A stretch of DNA of 34,301 bases, taken from the NCBI GenBank assembly GCA_035552855.1, contig DASZKN010000123.1, positions 1 to 34,301 on the forward strand. The letters run 5' to 3'. The position numbers and the translations under genes were made by a program. The notes beneath the pieces were generated by a model. It was not told the origin of the DNA. It was given only the letters and a program-made list of their open reading frames with translations, and made no database searches. This DNA is from Trebonia sp. (GTDB lineage Bacteria > Actinomycetota > Actinomycetes > Streptosporangiales > Streptosporangiaceae). This document shows positions 25,971 through 31,988 of the stretch, piece by piece. Positions within the stretch are counted from its first letter, which is position 1, and each line of letters starts with the position of its first letter.

Positions 25971-27322
25971 GAGGCTTCGGCTAAGTGCGACGTGCCGGGC
26001 GTCGCGTCCGCCGGCTCGTAAACGCAGACCCTGTCCCGCCCGGCGTTTTTTGCCTGGTAAAGGGCCAGGTCGGCCGCTGCCAGCAGTTCGAACAGCTCGT
26101 CCCCGTGCAGCCCGAGCGAGGCGACGCCGATCGAGATAGTGACGCTCACCGTGGATTCTCCGGTGAGCACCTGGATCACCCCGGCTCCCCGGCGCAGCCG
26201 CTCGGCGATGCGGCACGCTTCCACGGGTGTCGTGTTCGGCAGCAGGACAACGAATTCCTCACCGCCGAACCGCCCCACCAGATCGGTCTCGCGCACCTGC
26301 TGCCGCAGTTCGGCGGACAGGCCGCGCAGCACGTCGTCGCCCGCCAGGTGGCCGTGCGTGTCGTTGACCTTCTTGAAGTGGTCGATGTCGGCGAGCAGGA
26401 CCGCCACCGGCTCATCGCGCCGCAGAGCCCGCGCGATCTCCGCGTCGGCCTCGCGCTGCCACGCCGCCGCGTTCAGCAGGCCCGTCTTGGCGTCGGTACG
26501 GGCGGCCGCCTTCAACTGCTGGTGCATGAGGCTGCGCTGCAGCAGGATCACCGGCGGCAGTGCCACGCACAGCAGCAGCGGGCTCAGCGCGCACGCGATC
26601 GTCACCAGAATGCCCACGCACGTCTCGGTGAGGTCGAGCAGCATCCGCTCCCGGTCCCACAGCATGTCGGCCAGCCGGCCGTCGGCCTCGGCGAGCCACG
26701 CGGCGACCGCGACCAGGCACGTGTTGAGGACGGCGAACAAGACCGCGCAGCACACCGCGATGCCCGCCTGCTGCGGCCGGACGAACCACTGCTGCGAGCC
26801 GGGATGGGTCAGCCACCCGGAGGCCGCCCCCTGCGGCGCGACCGGCGCCAGGCAGCGGAAGAGCACGGACGCGCTGGCGCCCGCCAGGCCGAGCGCGGCG
26901 GAACTGAACGCGCGCCGGTAGACCGGCCCTCGCCGCACGCGCAGGAAGAGCAGCAGGCCGAGCAGCGCGGGGGCGGCGAGCGCGTACGCCGGCGGGAGCA
27001 GCAGCGCGACCGGCAGCCACCACGCGGACAACAGGTCGCGGGACACGCCGGCGGGCTGTCCGAGGCGGCGGGTCGCCTCGGCGCACACGGCCCCGCAGAC
27101 CATCAGCCCCGCGAAGAGGACAAGGTCCGACAGGCGCGGCGGGGTGCTCGCGATCTCCCATCCGGTCAGCGCGGCGTACCCGGCCAGCACCGCGACCACG
27201 TAGCCGATCAGCGGCACCCGGTTCGCGAACAGCGGCCAGTGCCACGGCCGCCGGACGACGTCACGCAGGCGGCCACCCCGCTCCCGCTCTTGCTGCCTTA
27301 CCGGATCCTGGACTGCTGACAT
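25958..27322 (-). CDS. Membrane-anchored diguanylate cyclase (multi-TM sensor + GGDEF); no stop codon, continues in frame into ettA
   Basis: About 6-7 hydrophobic helices, then ARTDAKTGLLN, LADIDHFKKVNDTHGHLAGDDVL, I-site RETD and active site GGEEF, ADLALYQAKNAGRDRV. Confidence 0.9.
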
Positions 27323-27554
27323 GCCTCCGCCTGCCGTCTGCTTGGACTTCCCCGCCGTCCGCTGTTGCCCGGCACTCTCAGTAACTATAGGTAACAGAAT
27401 AGATGCACGATGTGCGCACCGTAAGCAGAACCGGTATGTTGGGTGCCGCAGAGCCGGGTTGGTAGTTTTTACCGCGATAACTCCGCTCCGGGGCGGCACC
27501 CAACCGGTGTCTCAACTGGCAGCGCTCCGCCAGATCGACGAGGAGAGGACACCA

Positions 27555-27578
27555 ATGCGAGGCGTGATCTGGGTCTAG
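27555..27578 (+). CDS. Putative 7-aa micropeptide MRGVIWV
   Basis: GAGGAGAGGA SD (27540-27549), then ATG CGA GGC GTG ATC TGG GTC TAG. Divergent from the diguanylate cyclase; the stop overlaps the ssb stop (CTAG). Confidence 0.5.
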   Translation: MRGVIWV

Positions 27579-28213
27579 AGCGACGCTTCCGCAAGCTGCC
27601 GCTCATCCGCCGCCGTCGCCGCCTCGGTGCCCGCGGCCTCGCCCTCGCTGACGGGCGTTACCCCGTCGGCGGTCTGGTTCCCGTCGCCCGGCTGGTCCGG
27701 TAGGTCGGCATAGTCCCCGGCGTACCCGTCCTCGGCGTACCCGTCTTCGGGGTGGCCGTCTTCGGGGTGGCCGTCCGCCGCGCTTCCCGCCTCCGCCCGT
27801 TCTGGCTCGCCCTTCTCCAGTTCCGCCGCGACACGGGTCGGCGGCTGCGATCCGCGGTTGAAGGCCGTCCAGCCGTACGACAGGTCGTGCCCCACCGAGT
27901 CCGCGATGATCTCCATCCTGGTACGCGGCCGGTCCTCGCCCGCCACGAGCCAGGACCGCGTGCGGAACTTGCCCTGAATGGTGATCATGTCGCCCTTGCG
28001 CAAGCACGCCTTGACGTTCACCGCCAGCCTGCGCCAGCAGGTCACGTCGAAATAGGAGACGTCCCCGTCGACCCACTCCCCCGTGGTCCGGTCCGGGTAC
28101 CGGGTCGCCGAGCCCACGCGAATCCGGGCGACAGCAATGTCGTTGCGCGTCTTGCTGAACTCCGGTTCCCGCGTCACGAAGCCCGTCATCATGATGTAGT
28201 TCGCCTGGCTCAT
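27575..28213 (-). CDS. ssb: Single-stranded DNA-binding protein, secondary paralog (SsbB type)
   Basis: OB fold (IMMTGFVTREPEF, GEWVDGDVSYFDVTCWRRLAVNV...LRKGD..TIQGKFRTRSW, ADSVGHDL). SD AAGGAGG. Acidic tail without the canonical DDxPF-type tip. Confidence 0.9.
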   Translation of the reverse strand: MSQANYIMMTGFVTREPEFSKTRNDIAVARIRVGSATRYPDRTTGEWVDGDVSYFDVTCWRRLAVNVKACLRKGDMITIQGKFRTRSWLVAGEDRPRTRMEIIADSVGHDLSYGWTAFNRGSQPPTRVAAELEKGEPERAEAGSAADGHPEDGHPEDGYAEDGYAGDYADLPDQPGDGNQTADGVTPVSEGEAAGTEAATAADERQLAEASL

Positions 28214-28322
28214 CCCATCCTCCTTAGTGATCCGGCGCGCTCCGGCGGTTCCGCGCCGGCACGCTGTCTGCGCTTTCACGGTCCCGCGAGAGAGCGGACG
28301 GCGGGAAGAGCCAGGTGAAAGC

Positions 28323-28362
28323 TGTGGATAACGTGTCCGATTTGTCCACGACCTGTGGATAA
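28323..28362. promoter_or_regulatory. Cluster of three DnaA boxes
   Basis: TGTGGATAA (reverse complement TTATCCACA) at 28323-28331 and 28354-28362, with TTGTCCACG at 28342-28350 in the opposite orientation. Confidence 0.7.
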
Positions 28363-28404
28363 CGGTTTGCCAACTTCGGCGGAGAGCGGCATACTGCCGT
28401 ACTC

Positions 28405-28602
28405 GTGCGTCGCGTACACGAGGTAGGCACCTCCGGGGCGGGCAAATCGACCCTGGCACGACAGCTAGCGGCGGCCATCGACGTGCCTTACGCGGCCAAC
28501 AGCCGCCTTAGGTTCGTTCAGCTGAAAAATAGGCGGGCGGCCCGCGGCTTCCTGAAGACCGCGGCGGCGGCCGCCCCGGCGCGGCCCGCGGAGTCACGAT
28601 GA
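28405..28602 (+). pseudogene. Internally deleted P-loop kinase (adenylate kinase/topology modulation protein-like)
   Basis: MRRVHEVGTSGAGKSTLARQLAAAIDVPY (Walker A) is joined directly to a C-terminal-type segment LRFVQLKNRRAARGFL. Only 65 aa; the stop overlaps the PPTase ATG (ATGA). Confidence 0.65.
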
Positions 28603-29315
28603 TCGAGCAGATCCTGCCGCCCGGCGTGGCGTACGGCGAAGCGTTCGCCGATCCGCCCGGCGCCGAACTGTTCCCCGAAGAGGCGGCCATCGTCGCCCGG
28701 GCCGTCGAGAAACGCCGCCGCGAGTTCACCACCGGCCGGGACTGCGCGCGCACGGCGCTGCGCGGGCTCGGGTTCGGGCCGGTCCCGATCCTGGCCGGCG
28801 AGCGCGGGGCGCCGCAGTGGCCGCCGGGCGTCGTCGGCACGATCACCCACTGCCGCGGCTACCGCGCCGCCCTGGCCGCCCGGCAGGCCGAGTTCCTGAC
28901 CGTCGGCCTGGACGCCGAGCCGAACGACGATCTCCCGGGCGGAGTGCTCGACGCCGTGTCGCGGCCGGCCGAGCGGGAGCGGATCGGCGTCCTGCGGGAG
29001 ACCGCGCCCGGCGTCTGCTGGGACCGGCTGCTGTTCTGCGCGAAGGAAGCGGTCTATAAGGCGTGGTTCCCGCTGACCCGGCGCTGGCTCGGCTTCAAGG
29101 AAGCGGACATCACGTTCGACGCCGGCGGCGGCACGTTCGACGCGCGGCTCGGCACGTTCGACGCGCGGCTCGTCACGTTGGACGCGCGGCTCGTCACGCC
29201 GGCGACTGCCGGCGAGCGGCCCCTGACCGGGTTCAGCGGCCGCTGGCTGGCGAGGGACGGCCTGATCGTGGTGACGATCGCGGTTCCCCGGGCGCCGGGC
29301 AGCGACGCCGGCTAA
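28599..29315 (+). CDS. 4'-phosphopantetheinyl transferase (Sfp/EntD/PptT type)
   Basis: KRRREFTTGRDCAR, GAPQWPPGVVGTITHC, VGLDAEP, RLLFCAKEAVYKAWFP. Confidence 0.93.
   Translation: MIEQILPPGVAYGEAFADPPGAELFPEEAAIVARAVEKRRREFTTGRDCARTALRGLGFGPVPILAGERGAPQWPPGVVGTITHCRGYRAALAARQAEFLTVGLDAEPNDDLPGGVLDAVSRPAERERIGVLRETAPGVCWDRLLFCAKEAVYKAWFPLTRRWLGFKEADITFDAGGGTFDARLGTFDARLVTLDARLVTPATAGERPLTGFSGRWLARDGLIVVTIAVPRAPGSDAG
29130..29198 (+). repeat. Intragenic 21-bp tandem repeat x3 (GTFDARL-like)
   Basis: GGCACGTTCGACGCGCGGCTC x2, then GTCACGTTGGACGCGCGGCTC and a partial copy. Confidence 0.85.
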
Positions 29316-29320
29316 GCCCG

Positions 29321-30259
29321 CTACGCCGCTACCAGTTCCGTCGGTTCGGCGATCACGTCGACCAGGGCGCCGTTGCGCATCACGGTGACCGGCAGCCGCG
29401 TTCCGATCGCCTCGGCGAACATCAGCCGCTGCAGATCCTGCGCGGCCGCTACCTGGTGGCCGCCCGCGGTCAGCAGCAGGTCGCCGACGCGCAGCCCGGC
29501 CCGGTCGGCGGGGCCGCCGGCCACGACCGACGCCACCCGCAGCCCGGTCGAGCGGCCGCCGAGGCGCTCCCGCCACGCCGCCCCGACCGGGGCGGGCGCC
29601 ACGATCACGCCGAGATAGGCGCGCCGGACGCGACCGTCGTGCATCAGCGCGGACATGATCCGCCTGGTCGTGTCGTTGACCGGCACCGCGAGCCCGAGCC
29701 CGACCCCGGCCACCGCCGTGTTGATCCCGATCACCCGGGCACGGGAGTCGGCCAGCGCGCCGCCCGAGTTGCCCGGGTTCAGCGCCGCGTCGGTCTGGAT
29801 CACGTCCTCGATCAGCCCGTGCTGACCGGCGGGCATGGACCGGCCGAGCGCGCTCACCACGCCCGCGGTGACCGAGCCGGCCAGCCCCAGCGGGTTGCCG
29901 ACCGCGACCACGAGCTGCCCGGTGACGAGGTCGTCCGCCTCGCCGAGTTCGGCGGGCGGCGGCGTGTCCCCGTACGCGCGCAGCACGGCCAGGTCGGACA
30001 GCGGATCGGCGCCGACCACCCGGAACGGCGCCGACGTGCCGTCGGCGAACGCCGCCGTGCCGCCGGACGCGTTGCCGACGACGTGCGCGTTCGTGAGCAG
30101 GAAGCCGTCGGTCGTGTAGACGACGGCGGAGCCAAGGGCCTCCCCCGACCCGCGCGCGCCGGCCCGCGGCACGCGCAGGCTCGCGACCTTGGGGGTCAGC
30201 TTCTCCGCGACACCGGCGACGATTCGCGAGTACGCGTCGAGCGAGTCATTTGCAGTCAT
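29321..30259 (-). CDS. HtrA/DegP-like S1C serine protease with PDZ domain, no signal peptide
   Basis: LLTNAHVV, SDLAVL, IQTDAALNPGNSGGAL catalytic triad; PDZ GGPADRAGLRVGDLL. Start MTANDSLDAYS at 30259. Confidence 0.92.
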   Translation of the reverse strand: MTANDSLDAYSRIVAGVAEKLTPKVASLRVPRAGARGSGEALGSAVVYTTDGFLLTNAHVVGNASGGTAAFADGTSAPFRVVGADPLSDLAVLRAYGDTPPPAELGEADDLVTGQLVVAVGNPLGLAGSVTAGVVSALGRSMPAGQHGLIEDVIQTDAALNPGNSGGALADSRARVIGINTAVAGVGLGLAVPVNDTTRRIMSALMHDGRVRRAYLGVIVAPAPVGAAWRERLGGRSTGLRVASVVAGGPADRAGLRVGDLLLTAGGHQVAAAQDLQRLMFAEAIGTRLPVTVMRNGALVDVIAEPTELVAA

Positions 30260-30515
30260 AACGATGATTACAACATTACAACGAAGATTAATCCAGAACG
30301 ATCCTGCCGTCTCTCTCCCCGCCCAGGTCATCGCAAACCTCCCATCCGAACCGGCCCTGGCGACTCCGGGCCGTTCCGGCTTTTTGCGCCCGATGTCGGC
30401 ACCGGGCATGTGCCGTATGCCAGCCGACGCTACTCTTTGTCATGCATCAAACACCTAGGGACACAGGCTGACGATTCCCGGGCACTCGTCGGCGGACACG
30501 GGAGGGCAAATAGCG

Positions 30516-31157
30516 TTGATTCGGATACTCGTCGCGGAACCGATGACCCTGACCCGGGAAGGACTCGTCGCCGTGCTGGGAAGGGAAGGCGACTTCGACG
30601 TCGCCGCGGTCGTGCGACACGGCGAGGACGTGGCGCGGGTGGCGGAGGCGGTCAAGCCCGACGTCGCGCTGCTGGCGGCGGCGTTTCCCGTCCCCAGCCC
30701 CGCCCCCGCCCCCGGGCCCAGCCCCGGCCCCGGCCCCGGCCAGGACGGGATCGCGGTCTCGGCGGCGCTGCGCAAGGCCGTGCCGGACTGCCGGTGCGCG
30801 ATCCTCGGCGCCAGCTGGCGCCCGGGTGACATGCAACGGGCCGCCGGGGCGGGCGTGCGGGGCTTCCTGCTCTGTGACTCCCCGGCCGGGTTCCTGACCG
30901 ACGCGGTGCGCCAGCTCGCCGGCGGGCGCCAGGTGGCGGACCCGCGGCTGTCGTTTGGCGCGCAGTGCCCGCTGACGACGCGGGAGGCGGACGCGCTGCG
31001 GGCGGCGGCACAGGGATCGAGCACGGCGGAGATCGCCGACCTGCTGTGTCTCAGCGAGGGAACCGTGCGCAATTACCTGTCCCGCGCGATCGCCAAGACA
31101 GGCGCGCGCAACCGGGTCGACGCGATCCGTATCGCGGGGGAATCCGGCTGGCTCTAG
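30516..31157 (+). CDS. NarL/LuxR-family response regulator, atypical receiver
   Basis: MIRILVAE receiver fold and HTH PLTTREADAL...TAEIADLLCLSEGTVRNYLSRAIAKTGARNRVDAIRIA. SD GGGAGG. Confidence 0.9.
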   Translation: MIRILVAEPMTLTREGLVAVLGREGDFDVAAVVRHGEDVARVAEAVKPDVALLAAAFPVPSPAPAPGPSPGPGPGQDGIAVSAALRKAVPDCRCAILGASWRPGDMQRAAGAGVRGFLLCDSPAGFLTDAVRQLAGGRQVADPRLSFGAQCPLTTREADALRAAAQGSSTAEIADLLCLSEGTVRNYLSRAIAKTGARNRVDAIRIAGESGWL

Positions 31158-31373
31158 GGCTGCCCCGGGCCGCTCTAGTTCCCCGATTATCCCTTTTGCC
31201 GCACGTCCTCAGCGCCATTTCCGCCCCCGCGCCCCCATTCGCGTCCCGCGTCGGTTCGCGCATGCCCGGATCGCGGGGATCGCGGCCTTTTCCCCGTACG
31301 CAACCGATGAAGATTCCAGGCGCCGGCCCGATCGCTTACTCAGCGGTAACACGGAGCACGCTCGCCCCATGAT

Positions 31374-31450
31374 CGCGAAGACTTCAATCATTGGGTTAGT
31401 TTTGCGTGTAAATAGCACTTGAAACTTACCCAATAAAAATACTCTTCGCG
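31374..31450. other. 77-bp AT-rich imperfect inverted repeat
   Basis: Symmetric arms CGCGAAGA/TCTTCGCG, ATTGGGT/ACCCAAT, AGTTT/AAACT and GTG/CAC around a 5-nt loop. Confidence 0.6.
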
Positions 31451-31988
31451 TTAATCGTCGAGGGTTGTCCGCTTTCGGAACCGCGAGAGACGGGACGGAC
31501 AGCTGTGACGGGACGAGACTGGGCGCGGGGGAAGCCGAGACTGGGCGCGGGCGAAGCGGTGTCGGGCTACCTGCGGTGGCGGGACAGGGAGAGCGCGGGT
31601 GCGGCGGCGGGGCGGGATGCGGCGGGGAGGCAGGCGGGACGGGATGGGCGCCCGCAGGTGAGGGGCGAATCGCCCGCGCGGCGCGTTGCCGCCGGAATCG
31701 GGCATGCTGCGCAACTACCGCAATGAGGAATAAGCACGCGCGCCGCCGGGGAGAAAGCATCAGCGGACGGCGTCGCGCACCCCGAAGAGGTGGCCATCAA
31801 TTGTCCGGATATACACGAGTTTAGCGTTTAGAAATCGGTCAATTAACGCCCGCGTCACACTCAAAACTGATGACAGAAGTCACTATGCGATACGGCTGGA
31901 CAGTGGCATGCTTCTGGTGGCGACAATGAGTCACGAGGCATAACTCGTCAGTAATTATGGGTGCGGGACCAGCGAGTGGGGGGAAAGC

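Noticed and set aside
27323-27499. 59-aa N-terminal extension of the GGDEF ORF, and the 85-aa ORF 27321..27578
   Set aside because: These cross the lower-GC divergent promoter region. ATG 27322 and ATG 27555 are the better supported starts.
28300-28400. Replication origin at the DnaA boxes
   Set aside because: Only three boxes, no AT-rich unwinding element, and no dnaA/dnaN nearby.
31870-31929. Trp-rich short ORF MTEVTMRYGWTVACFWWRQ upstream of lanKC as a precursor peptide
   Set aside because: No SD, no class III leader or SxxS..C core; it lies in the probable promoter region.
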